This document shows, piece after piece, positions 1-11,419 of a DNA stretch of 64,000 nucleotides. The DNA is from Sphyrna mokarran. Lineage: Eukaryota. The notes under the pieces are model-generated. The model saw only the letters and a program-made list of their open reading frames with translations. It did not search any database and had not been told where the DNA came from. The stretch spans positions 42,222,001 through 42,286,000 of the forward strand of contig JAGIQG010000001.1 of NCBI GenBank assembly GCA_024679065.1. Direction: 5' to 3'. Every line of letters begins with the position of its first letter. Positions within the stretch are counted from its first letter, which is position 1. The position numbers and the translations under genes were made by a program.

Positions 1-454
1 AGGTATTCTCATCCTCCAGAAGGGTTCATTTGGCTGGCGCTCAGGAAAACGTTTCCCACTGGGAGACACATGGACAATTAGCTTTACTGCCTGTGTGGAC
101 AATATTATTTTAATCAGGCGGCAAGTCAGCAGAAATTACTGCCACTGCTGATTTTACCATTAAAAAAAGGTACAGTGATAAGCAATGCTAAAGCAGCCAA
201 AAGTTCCAAAACATTCTCTCTTGCAAAGTGATTTGTGTTCAGAATTACGTAAAATTGTACATTCTTGCCCTTCTCCAAAACAGTGAAGGTGCAAAGATGG
301 CTGAATCCAACAGTTACATTTTCATTCACATATCAGAACAAACCAGTTGCTACTGCCAAGGGAATATCATTCTTACAGCATTGACAGCAATTACTCCCAC
401 TCCCACTATACCATATTATTCCATGAATGTAATATGGGTAATATTATTCTATGG

Positions 455-571
455 AACACACCAGAATGATAGGGAGTAGAATAGCTTGATCTTGGGTTCG
501 GATATAGCTCGGCACAACATAAAAGGCAAAGGGCCTGTACTGTGCTGTACTGTTCTATGTTGTATGTTCTA
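455..571 (+). mobile_element. CR1/HER1 LINE 3' terminal fragment
   Basis: ctcggcacaacat...aagggcctgtactgtgctgtactgttctatgttgtatgttcta matches the tail of the HER1-like LINE at 16180-16232, including the (gttctat)n end. Confidence 0.8.
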
Positions 572-687
572 TTATATCTAGCGGATAAAACTTTTAACTC
601 CTCAACTCCCTCATTCTTCTTAAAGTCAGTGGTCTTTTAAAATCCAAGTTTGGATTTTAAATTTGAAAAGCTTGACTTAATTTGCTT

Positions 688-800
688 AATAGAATCATAG
701 AAAAACTACAACACAAACAGGCCCTACGGCCCACAAGTTGTGCCAATCGTATCTCTACCTACTAGGCTTACCTTTCACCTTCAATCCTATTAAGTCCCGT
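688..800 (-). mobile_element. CR1/HER1 LINE 3' terminal fragment
   Basis: atagaatcatagaa...caggccctacggcccacaagttgtgcc is the reverse complement of a CR1 3' UTR end. Confidence 0.7.
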
Positions 801-1506
801 AAATCACTTTCACTCTTAAACATTCATGATGTCCTGCACCATACTTCTTGGCCCATACATCATGGTTGAATGTCTCTCAATTCAAGGATGGTACAGGATT
901 GCTGTAGGATTTTATGTTACCCAACAGGCCAATTCTCGACCTGCAGATCTTTTGAGCACATGGGCCATGAGGTAATGGGATCCAGAGTGCAGGATTTACT
1001 TCCTTTTTCTTTCTATCACTGCTACATATCTGCCTTAATATTAAGAACTCGTGATTAAAAAGTTTGATGCAGCTTGATGGACACATTGTCACCATTTTGA
1101 ATGATTGGTAGCAAGCTCCTTTCAATTATTAATTGGCTAACCGGGGGTTAATAAAACATATTTAACCCTGGTATTAAAGTCCCCCAGAAGGTTGATTTTT
1201 CCTTTTCATAGGAAAGCAGTGAGGACTTCATTAAGATTAGAATAGAACTTTTCCTTAACATTTCATTGGAGGACAGGACATAAACCTTATTAGTTACAGC
1301 TGAGTGCTGGGTGAAATGTCAAGAATTTTATTCATACAATTGGGGAATTTTGGTAGTGCATCTAAGTTCCTGGTCCAGATGGCAAAACCAACTCTATAGA
1401 TACAAGAATCACGAGAGCTTTCATTTCCAGTAAAAGGTGCATCTCCCTGCTTATTTGTTCAGTTATTCCTCTCCAGGGAAGTAGTCGCTCTGAGGGCAAT
1501 GCTGTT

Positions 1507-2708
1507 GGGGCAATTCTCCCAAAATTTGCGTAAATTCCACTGGTTTTTAATCAGCTGGAATTTAAAAAGAATCTCTTACATTCTCTGCACTGCAGAGTGC
1601 ACCAGCATAAAATTCAGTGGGCAGGGGTCCCACTAGAGAGGCTAGCAGCAAAGTGCTGAGTGGAGTGCTGCACATGTGCCAATTTTTCAGTGCATGTGAA
1701 GTGCCCCTATTTGCCAGTTTCTTGATTACTGACCAGACCCATGATACCCACATCGCCGGCTGTGTGACCTCCTCTACAGCTGATCTCTTATTTGTGTCCA
1801 GGCCAGCCTCAACCCCGCCCCTCCCGGCAGGCCCAATCCATCTCTACTGCAGTGCTGACACCCCCACCCCTCCTGGAGCCCTATTCCCCCCCTGATAGGT
1901 TGCACCCTCCCATCAGGATGGCCAGCCCCGAATCGCCAGCCATAGTCACTCTCGGACTGCAGGATGGCAGTGGGACCACCCACCCTCTCCAATCACCGCC
2001 AGAGGCCCAATCCCCATTCAACCCCACCTCCTTGGTAATGCCCCATGCCCAGTGGGTAGTGCAAATGTATCCCTTGGGCAATGCCAGGGGGCTAAGGCTG
2101 GCACTGCCAAGGTGCCAGTGCCAAGGTGCACATCCCCAGCACCCAGTCCTCTGGAGAGGCCTTGATTACTTCTTCACTCCAGCCGAGTTGGGTCACCAGC
2201 TCCCTGCAAGTGGGAGGTGATTGTAAACCCTGCTGGAGTGAACTATTCCTGGTGGGGAGGAGAGGTTAGCAGACTTGGAGGCTTTAGTCCCAAGCCCATT
2301 AATGATATTTAAAAAGCATTTAAATGAAAGGCTGCATAGATTAGGCAGGTCAACACCAGAAATTGACGATTTGTGGTGTGGAGTTGACGGCACCAGATAT
2401 CCGGCGCTTGGAGACAGGCAGAGGCCTGTACGTATTGGGCAAATTGGCTGCTGCCAGAGTCTCCCAGCCCGCAGTGAGACAGGAGACTCACTCCCGTTAA
2501 TTTGGAGTCTTGACACTTGACGTGTTATAAATGCAAGCCTTCATTCTGGAAAGTCATTTGAGATTATACATGAATGTTCTAAGATTTCAAGTTACAAAAT
2601 TTAAAGTTGTATTTCATTGGCATGGAGATGGTGATCCTGTTGAAATCTTCCCCAGCCAGGAGAAAGTGAGACAGTCTTTTTTTAGGGCACCTTTTTTAAA
2701 TCCTCCCC
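1507..2708 (+). mobile_element. Non-autonomous GC-rich DNA transposon, probably PIF/Harbinger type
   Basis: Starts ggggcaattctcccaaaa, the exact reverse complement of the terminus at 32491-32508. Has a C-rich interior with ggcactgcc/ggcaatgcc motifs and an internal inverted repeat at 2173-2242, and ends aaatcctcccc. The Pro-rich ORFs here are compositional artefacts. Confidence 0.6.
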
Positions 2709-3561
2709 ATTTGGAGTGAGCACCGGATATTGTGAAGATCTGCTCAGTCACAGATGTTGATGCCCAAAGGCACTGCTATCCCAACTCAGGTACCCAATAA
2801 CCTTGCATGTAGCTGCTGCCTGGGTGCAAATTCTTGTTCTGCACACAGCCTTGTCCCCGTCATCATCTCTCCATCACCTGAAGACTTGGCAAATGGATCT
2901 TGGGGGCAGTGTCATTTTCCACACTATCTTGATGGGTTATGATCAGATCTTGGTGACATGTCAAGGCATGATGGCAAGGACCACCTTGTGCTGAAGCTGC
3001 TGATATGCACAGTCTTCCTTCGCCTGTTGTGCTACTGAGGGCTTTTTGGATCAGACTTTGTCTGACACCTCTCCTCAACCTTGCTGCTATAACAATAACC
3101 AACAACAAGAAGAACCTGATGGCATTACTTGAAAGATTATTGGAAGCATGACCCTCCCCACCCTGTTAAGATGGTGACCACAGAATAGCTTGACCCATAT
3201 ATAGCAACGCTGAAGATCATCCTCCAAAGAAAAGGCAAGTTTTCCCTTTTACTTTAACAGAATGACCTGGATCAAGAAATTATATTGAGAAAAATCATTC
3301 ACTTTGAAAATACCGATATTGCTTCATCAGTATTTCTTCTCAAACCGAATGTCAAGCATTCAGCCAATGGAAATTTCAAGTGCTTGGTCATGGTTTGACC
3401 AAACTTATTTACTTTGGATCTGAGGTTAGCCTTCACCAATAGTTCACAAAGTTTACACAGTGAATATCTGAAGCACATGAATGAGAAATGTCCCAGATTT
3501 GGCATTACAATGTAAGCTCTGGAGGGAAATAATAAATGGTGCCAGTGTGCATGGCTCAAGG

Positions 3562-3792
3562 AGAATATAAGAACATAAGAACTTGGAGTAGGAGTAGGCC
3601 ATCTGGTCCCTTGAGCCTGTTCTGCCACTCAATAAGATCATTGCTGATCTTTTTTGCAGAGTCAGCTCCACTTATCCGCCCACTCACCATAAGCCTTAAT
3701 TCCTTTACTGTCCAAAAATTTATCTATCCTTGCCTTAAAAACATTCAATGAGATACCTCATCTGCTTCACTGGGCAGGGAATTCCACAGACT
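3562..3792 (-). mobile_element. CR1 LINE 3' end
   Basis: (aagaacat)n tail followed by ggagtaggccat...gggaattccacaga; closely similar to 30803-31030 (same subfamily). Confidence 0.85.
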
Positions 3793-3944
3793 GTTAACCA
3801 GGCTTCCAAACTATCATTCGGCGATGTCTGTATGCGTAGATTTTGGATAAGATCAGACTGGGCAGTCATAATTTATCTGTTTTTTTGCTCACTGTCGAAG
3901 ATTTCACAGAAATACTGATTATTTGTGGGAAGGTGCTCAGGGTT

Positions 3945-3960
3945 TAGCGCCCCCTCTGGA
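3945..3960 (-). promoter_or_regulatory. Possible CTCF site
   Basis: Minus strand reads tccagagggggcgcta. The AGGGGGCGCTA half matches the CTCF core, the 5' half is imperfect, and a CpG is retained in non-repeat DNA. Confidence 0.3.
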
Positions 3961-4949
3961 ACAATATGTCCAACCTTGAAGAAGCAAAGAAGGAAATGGA
4001 AACTAAGTAAGAAAAGATAAAAGTTTTAGATGGGGCCTTTGTATAGAATAATCAGATTTAATACACTATGTTCTGATGAGGGCTGCAACCCACAAATTTA
4101 AATCGACCCCTTTCAAATGATAACTAACCTGCTATTTTAAAGTTTTAAACTTTTGTTCCATCATGACAATTTTCCTTTTCATCAGCACTTTGTCTAGTCC
4201 TAAGTGAAGATTCCTTTTTGTCGGAAGAAGTTGTTAAAGATGAAACACCCTTGCTGGAATGACATGTCGCTTCCCCTGAGTGTAAGTTTTAAATAATGAA
4301 GCTTTTCTGTATTTACCTACATCCAAGATCTGGCCACCTGGGAATACAATTACTTAATGTAGAGTCCGTGGGGAACTTGAGTTTCAAGGATCATAATTAA
4401 TTGTGAAAAAAAGAAATGATAGAATAATAAGATTTTTATCCAAAGGTGGGTTTCTGGCACAGATAATTAGCTACTTTACCCTAGCCTAATCACTATTCGA
4501 GCCTGTGCGACATAAAGGAATGTCTGTGAGCCATTAGGAAATCAGCTCATGTAGGCCAGTGCAAAGCAAGAGACTGCAGCTTTTAACGATTTGGGATTCT
4601 ATATTATTTCAATTCTTTGGTTCAGGGAATCTGAATGGTCCTAGTAGTTCATATTGTAACAGTAGAATGCACAACCAAAAAGGAGTTTCAATTGGTGTCA
4701 AACACAATTTGTGGCTGTGATTCCATTGCGTTCAAAGAGTCTTTTCAGTACATTAAACGATTGGCTAATATACTCTATATGAGCCTGCTCAGTCATCTCA
4801 TTTCATACAGCCGTGTTGAAATGATCTAATTGTAGTTCTATTAAAAGTAATAGGAAACTTAAGATAGGGAGACGGAGATAATGATAAAACAAAAAAGGAG
4901 GGTGCATGGTCCATATCAGGTGAATTTTTCTAGTGAGAATCAGGTTCAA

Positions 4950-5120
4950 AATTCTGTATGTTTGGTGGATTGGCTACGCTAAATTGCTCCTTAATGTTAG
5001 GGGGACTAGCAGGGTAAATATCTGGGGCTACAGGTATAGGGCCTGGGTGGGATTGTTATCGGTGCAAGCTTGAAGGCCTAATGGTTGCCATCTGCACTGT
5101 AAAGATTTGATGATTCTAAA
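4950..5120 (+). mobile_element. HE1-type V-SINE, 3' half (HER1-like tail)
   Basis: gtggattggctacgctaaattgc...gcctgggtgggattg...ctgcactgtaaagatt, similar to the full copies at 45011 and 61305. Confidence 0.8.
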
Positions 5121-5124
5121 TACA

Positions 5125-6870
5125 ATAGGTTGAAGGGGGAATTAAAGGGAAAATCAGACTGGCAAAGAGAGAAAAAAAGAATGGAGAGGCAGTAAACATA
5201 AAAGGGAACCAAAAGATGTTAATAGTGCCAATATGTTAATAGTGAGCAGGTTTTAAGAGTGGGTATTATTAAGGTCAAAGAGAATGATATATGCTTAGAG
5301 GTGCAGTGCAAGGCTAGAGTATTGAATGAATTATATGCATCATTGTTTATTAAGGAAGAGGAATCTGACAAAATATCGGTAGAAGCGGGAGCAATGGGTT
5401 GTGTGAAAACTGAAAGGGAGGTGGTACTGGATAGACTGGCTATGCTTTGGATAGATAAGCCACCTGACCTGCATGGCTTGCATCCTTGGCTGCTAAAGGA
5501 AATGGGATTGGCGACAGATACAGGGCAGGTGTCTGGATTAGACACAAACGTGACAACCTTATACAAGAGAGCATGTAAGGACAGTCCATGCAACTATAGA
5601 TTGTTTCGATTAACATCATTGATGGGTAAAGTTTTTGGAATCCATAATCAAACTACGCTGCACTCTACAGGCACCCAGAGAGGTTTGAGTTAATTAAGCA
5701 ATGGCAGACTGATATTTTTGATGAGGTAATCAAGAAAGTAGATGAAGGGAATGTTGCTGATGGATTTTAAGAAAGTATTTCGCAAAATACCCTTGCAAAA
5801 AGCAGGTTAACCAAAACTGAGGCTTACAGAAACATTGAAACTAGGAGCAGGAGTAGGCCATTCGACATGCCCTGCCATTCAATACGATCATGGATAATCC
5901 TCTATCTCAAAGCCATATTCACGCTTCCCCTTCAAACTCCTTGATGCCGTTAAAATCTAAAAAAAAATCTATTCTTTTTTGAATATATTCAGTGACTTGT
6001 TCTCCACAGCCTTCTGTGGTAGAGAATTCCGTAGATTCATGACCCTTTGAGTGAAGTAATTTTCCTCATCTCAGTCCTAAATGGTCTATTCAATATCCTG
6101 AGACTTTATCCCTTGGTTCTAGATTCCTCAATCAGGGAAGACATGTGCTCTGCATCTAGTCTGCCCATCTCTGCTAGAATTTTATGTGTTTCAATCTGAT
6201 CTCCTCTCACAGAATAGGAAGTCTAGTTTGCAGCTAGATAACTAATAGACTGATGAACAGTGAAAGCACTGAGTTATGGTAAATGATTGATTTTCAGACT
6301 AGAAGATGGTAGACAGTGGTATTTGTGAATGGTCAGTATTGGGGACACTGCTTTTTTTTTGCCACATATGAATGACTTGGATTTTGGAATACGGAGGAAA
6401 ATTTCAAAGTTTGCCAATAGAACATAGAACATAGTACAATAGTACAAAACTTGAGAAGAGCAGCAAACAATGAAGATGATATGAATCTCCTGTGACAAGA
6501 CACAAATGGGCTGGCAATTGGCAAACAGAATTCAACACAGGGAAGTGGGAGGTATGAAAGAGTTTTGCAAAAGAGAGAGGGAGATGTAATGTTGGGTGGG
6601 AATTTCCAGACCTCACTCACCCTGAAACTGGAAAATCCCGCCTGAAGGCAAGAGACTTTAAGAGTCAACCCTTAGGAGTGAATTTAGGAACTACTTCTAC
6701 AAAAAAGGGTGGTGGAATTTTGGAACATTCTTTTGTAGATAACAGTTGATGCTAGGTCAACACTTAATTTTAAATCTGACATTAAAATGTGTTTGTTAGC
6801 CAGAGATATTCAGGATTAAGGTTAGGAGTCAAGTCATAAACTCATTGAATGACCTATTCCTATGTTCCTA
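5125..6870 (+). mobile_element. Decayed CR1 LINE ORF2 and 3' UTR, interrupted by nested insertions
   Basis: Translation ARVLNELYASLFIKEE...DKPPDLHGLHPWLLKE...DSPCNYRLFRLTSLMGKVF resembles CR1 LNxYFxSVF..KSPGPDGxHPxxLKE..PGNYRPxSLTSxxGK. Later ttttcaaagtttgccaat marks the FADD region, and the end is a cctattcctatgttcctat tail. Confidence 0.8.
5826..6210 (-). mobile_element. CR1 3' end nested in the older CR1
   Basis: ggagcaggagtaggccattc...gatcatgg...ttctgtggtagagaattcc is a reverse-orientation CR1 tail. Confidence 0.8.
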
Positions 6871-6913
6871 TAATCCCTAGTATGGCCTAGTACTCCGTAT
6901 ATTCATTACTCAC

Positions 6914-7029
6914 AACTGAACTTCAGCAGAGCGCTCGAGGACTCCAACTGCTCATAGAATAGTGCCACAGCACGAATGAACACTTTCTGGAAGAAGTTAG
7001 TGATAAAAGCAAAATCCATTGAATGTAGC
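6914..7029 (-). CDS. Candidate internal exon (116 nt) of an unidentified gene
   Basis: Minus strand shows about 40 nt without AG and two CTAAC branch-like motifs before cgcag|, then a |gtgagt donor. Only one frame is open (LHSMDFAFITNFFQKVFIRAVALFYEQLESSSALLKFS) and CpGs are retained. The protein is not recognised. Confidence 0.25.
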
Positions 7030-7669
7030 CTGCGGTTAGGTGCAGTGTTAGACCAACAGAAAAGAAGCTTTACACTGCATCTAATCCATGTTATATAATG
7101 TGCTCCACTATATTTGAGTACTGAACACTGGTTCCACAGAACAAAAATGGTGAAAATAAAATTATCTTTTTTTAGCAATGGAATGCCATGTGATGAGTAC
7201 AACATATTTAACCGACTATCCTAAAAATTAATCATTGCGTGCCGAAGCAACAACACGACTATATTTCTTTTTTGAATGGGTAAAGGGCTAAGCAATGTAA
7301 AGGAGCCAGATGCTTGAATACACCATCACCAAGGATACTGTGTGCAAAATGTTCATTGACAACAAAAGGATGGAGTGCTGCTTGAGGGGATTGTTTTGTT
7401 GAATTCCAATTTACAATCACGTTGTAATTCTTCTTTTGTTTCGCTCATATTTTCCTGATCAAACGTACCCAGAACAGTGCCTTCAGGAGGCTGTCACTTA
7501 TAAGCAGGAAGATTTGTACATGTGCAGGCAAAACATGTGAGTGTCATGGTGAGCTCTATATACTGCAAAAGGAAAGAGCAGGAGGCTATTTTCCTGCACA
7601 ATCTATGGTTGTAGTTCTTAAGATACTCAGTGATTCATTGCGGTTTGTGGAAGCACACTTTCTTGACAA

Positions 7670-8570
7670 AGTAAGCGTGGTTAGTGATGTGCTCCGGGGA
7701 TCTGTGCCGTGACCTCTTTTATTTAAACATGAAATGATTTGGACAGTGGAATATAGGGACACATTGCTGAAAGACTACAAGGGAACTTGGGCAGATTGAG
7801 AATATACTGCAAATTCAATTCAATGTGAATAGAAAGAAAAACATACAGATAGATTTGAAATAGCACATTATAGGAAAACAACAAAAAGAAAAATAGAATT
7901 ATGTCTTAAATAGCAATTTTTGGAATAGAATGACCAGGAGGATTCTAGAGCTACTAATGAATACATAGCTCTCCAAAATAGATACCAGTAGATGACAAAA
8001 TACATAAAAAGTACAAATGTAATTTTGGATTTGTGTTCATAGGGGCACTGAATACAAAAACAAGAAAGTGATGAATCTGTGCATTGGCAGGACAGTAGTT
8101 GGAGTATATCATCCAATTTTCAATATCTTATTAGAACAAGGAAAATGGAGCCACAGGATATATTTGCAAAGATCAGACCAGGTGGGAGCATATATTTGTG
8201 AGATAGTTAAAGAATGACTAGTATTGACTAAAGCAGACATGTCAAGGGAGGAATCTATTAAAATATTCAGAACAATAACAGTGAAAGATTATTTCCAATG
8301 GATGGGAATCAATAACAAAAGTGTAACCTCGGATTAGTACACGAAATCTAACGAGAAAGGCCTACAGGATTTATTTTGTACAAGAGCTTGTTAGACAATG
8401 GAATGAATTAGTATAAGTGAAATCAAATCAATCACAACATTTAAGAGGGAATTAGACAAACAACTGAAAGATTAAAAATGCTCTAAGAGACAGTAGAGGA
8501 AGTTTAGGAAAGGGATTGGAGGAATTGGCTTTAATGGGGATGTAGAACATGGCTCATTCTGCAATTGGAC
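7670..8570 (+). mobile_element. Very old CR1 LINE RT and 3' remnant
   Basis: gtgctccggggatctgtgccgtgacctcttttattt resembles [11 protein letters not shown]; downstream features include caatgtgaat, ggaatgaatt and tttaagagggaattagac, as in CR1 3' regions. Confidence 0.6.
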
Positions 8571-8710
8571 CTCGACAGATTTATAAGTATCAAAGCAAAA
8601 GTGGTAAATTCGGGCACAACTCCATTTACATTAATTTCATGACAATGTTCTCAGGTGTCCAAGCTTTGGAATTCCATTCCAAATCCTCTCTCCCTGTCTC
8701 CTTTTTCTCG

Positions 8711-8833
8711 ATGTAGAGATGCTGGTGTTGGACTGGGGTAAACTCAGTAAAGTTTTACAACACCAATTTTAAATCCAACCAATTTATTTGATAGTAAATT
8801 CGCGAGCTTTCGACTCTATAGCCTTCGTCAGGC
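8711..8833 (-). mobile_element. Penelope-like element terminal-repeat fragment with hammerhead core
   Basis: gagatgctggtgttggactggggtaaa...caacacc...tccaac...tttatttg matches the repeat at 51884. Minus strand contains CTGACGA-a-ggct atag agtc-GAAA. Confidence 0.6.
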
Positions 8834-9009
8834 AAATGCTTACAGCCACTGACTTAATCAATGCTTTTAATCACCTGTCCTAATATCTCTTAATGTGGCT
8901 CAAACATTCCTTGATCATATTCCTTGTACTGAAGCACTTTGGGTCATCCTATTACGTTAGAGGCAATGTATATGTACACTTTGTTGCTGTATTGCAAACA
9001 AAACAAATT

Positions 9010-9136
9010 GAGCAGAATTTTACTGGCGCATCTGTCTGAGTTTCAAATGATCCCGCCCAAGGTTAACGGAAAATGCCATTCTCTGAGGCTCACCTGCCCC
9101 CGGAAGTGGGGCGGCCAGGCCAGAAAAATTCCAGCC
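9010..9136. mobile_element. Short MITE (Harbinger-like TIRs)
   Basis: Termini gagcagaatttt / aaaattccagcc. Interior gatcccgcccaaggttaacgg is shared with 23893-24019. Confidence 0.6.
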
Positions 9137-9259
9137 ACTGATCCTGTTGAAAAAACTGGCAGCCTTGAGAGTTCACATGATTTAGAAGAGTTTAGATCTT
9201 ACAGTTTAGAAACAGGTGCTATTGGACTGCATTTACTTTTTTTTCCATGTTGACACAAC

Positions 9260-9960
9260 TAAAGCAGAAGCACTTCTGCTGAAGAAGGGGCATGAGAGAC
9301 TGTGCTGAACCCTATAAACAACACTCTCCCTTATTCCAGGATAAGTACTTCAGAATCCTCATCACCGTATGGAATGTAATGCAGCTAAAAGCTATTGTCA
9401 AAGAACTCACTTGTCTGGAGCCACGTAAATCAGCGTGATTGGATTAAATAAAACATTCATCGAAATGCGGACCAAACAATGGAGAAAAAGTAATGTGCAG
9501 GAAACACCATCCTGGCATTAAATTGGGCAAATGAATTCCTTACTTCAGAAGGACACAAATCAGGTTAATTTTGCACATCCTTTTATTACAATATAATTTA
9601 TATTGCTAGCAGGTCGCTCGAGCTAAAACAAACTGACAATTTAATAAATGGTTGATGTCCTTCATGATCGATAGTGACCTAAGCTCATCTGACATCAATA
9701 AATTTGCGTCCAGGAAACCAAATATTCAACTGGGAATATGCTGCCGGTCTGAATGCCATTCATTTGGCAGATAAAGTGAAGAATATCAATCGCACAACGC
9801 AAACACAATGTTCTATAATAACTTGAGCCACTGAATGTGAAAATACTCAATCTGTCAAAAGCTATAAATGACATGGTCAGGAAAATATAGATGCTAAAGA
9901 GCCAGATTGGGCTTTGTACAATCCACTTAAATAGCAAACGTCCAAATAATCAGTAACACC
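9260..9960. promoter_or_regulatory. Repeat-free island, candidate conserved non-coding enhancer
   Basis: No repeat signature and several CpGs retained. Pbx/Hox-like gtaaatca near 9425, Meis-like ctgtca at 9852, many TAAT/ATAAA cores. Confidence 0.35.
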
Positions 9961-10184
9961 ACACCTTCTTGATTCATGCAGGAAGTTTCTGCTCAACTAA
10001 CAGTGAGTTTAATCATCCTTAGCGCCATGCCAATTCTCAAAGCTATAAACTGAGGGAAGCTTTCACTGGCATTGACTCAAACACTAGGTAAAGTGTCTCA
10101 AATTACATTGGGTTTTCATCGAGAAGCTGAAACTCATGCACAACTCTTTTCCTGAGCTTGGTTAGTTGTTTGTTTTTAGTTATT

Positions 10185-10488
10185 TAAAGTTAAAGTTTAT
10201 ATATTAGTCACAAGTAGACTTATATTAAGACTGCAATGAAGTTACAATAAAAATTCCATAATCACCACACTCCGGTACCTGCTTAGGGAGAATTTAGCAT
10301 GGCCAATCCATGTATACCTGCGCATCTTCGGACTGTGGCAGCAAGTGGGAGCACCCACTATGGAAAACTATGCAGACATGGAGAGAATATGGAAACTCCA
10401 CACAGACAGTGATCCAAACTATGAATTAAATATGGGTCCCTGGTGCTGTGAGGCAGCAATGGTAACCACTGTGTCAGTGAGCTGCCCC
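10185..10488 (-). mobile_element. V-SINE, tail type B
   Basis: Reverse of the tRNA-like head (cacagtggttaccattgctgcctcacagcacc), V domain, and ...cttcattgcagt...cttgtgactaat...aaacttt tail. Confidence 0.85.
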
Positions 10489-10759
10489 AAGATGAGGCTT
10501 GTTAAGACCAGGAGCTGGAAAAATTTGAAGCATGATAAAGCAGATGGGAGGTTGCTGATTCATTTTTGGTTACCAAGCCTCCACCAGGCTAGTTTTCTCA
10601 TCTTAATGTATGGCAGATGTGTTCCTGCAGTTATGAAAACAATTCTCATCAGGATGTTATGATGTCTCAAATAAAACTTTCTTCTCAAGAGTCAAGCCAG
10701 GTGTCGTAATATAGTGTTAACCATTAAAATGTTGGCATTATTTCATTGGTTCTCAACTA

Positions 10760-11085
10760 AAACTCCTATTTATTGATGACAGCTCAGCCTTCAACACCAT
10801 TATTCCTACAAAACTCATTTCCAAACTCTGTGGCCTGGGACTTGCTCCTCCCTCTGCAACTGCATCCTGAATTTCCTAACTCACAGAGCACAATTAGTAA
10901 GGATAGACAACAACACCTTCTCCACGAACATTCTCAATATTAGTGCTCCATAAGACTGTGTCCTCAGCCCCCTACTATACTCTTTATATACCTATGATTG
11001 CAGCCAAATTCCCCTCCAAACTGATTTTCAAATTTGCCGATGACACCACCGTAGTGGGTCAGATATCAAACAATGAGGAGACATT
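10760..11085 (+). mobile_element. Rex1/Babar-type LINE reverse transcriptase fragment
   Basis: Reads LLFIDDSSAFNTIIPTKLISKL...CVLSPLLYSLYTYDC...FKFADDTTVVGQISNNEE, with frameshifts and a stop. Confidence 0.85.
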
Positions 11086-11254
11086 CTGTGAGGAGAATGA
11101 GACTGAAGACAGATGTTAACAAGGTTTTTGTTAGGACAAGGTGGTATATTGTGCCTAATTTTAAGCACCACATTAGGACATAGAAATGATTCAATGTGGA
11201 GTCACTGAGATGCTATCATTGAGAAGCTAAAACTTCGATCAGTGTCCAGATCAA

Positions 11255-11410
11255 AAATGTGCAGGATGGATGGATTGAAGATACTAAATTGCCCCTTAGT
11301 GTCAGGGAGATTTGCAGGGTAAATACATGCTGTTGTGAGGATAGAGCTTGTGTGGGACTGTGGTTAGTGCGAACTCAATGGACTGAATGGCCTACTTCTG
11401 CGCTGTAAAA
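11255..11410 (+). mobile_element. HE1-type V-SINE, 3' half
   Basis: aaattgccccttagtgtc...aatggcctacttctgcgctgta. Confidence 0.75.
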
Positions 11411-11419
11411 ACAAAAAAA

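Noticed and set aside
1617-2220. Pro-rich ORFs of 92 and 142 aa
   Set aside because: They arise from the C-rich interior of a non-autonomous transposon; no domain or splice structure
4187-4281. Exon-like segment with a good acceptor (ttttccttttcatcag) and a gtaagt donor
   Set aside because: All three frames contain stops; a non-coding exon cannot be supported from sequence alone
7472-7536. Possible 64-nt plus-strand exon (cccag|aacag...acat|gtgagt)
   Set aside because: Unrecognised peptide, too short to distinguish from chance, and on the opposite strand to the other candidate
9861-9872. 12-mer gctataaatgac shared with 53210-53221, each near a Meis site
   Set aside because: Many 12-mer matches are expected by chance within 64 kb of AT-rich DNA
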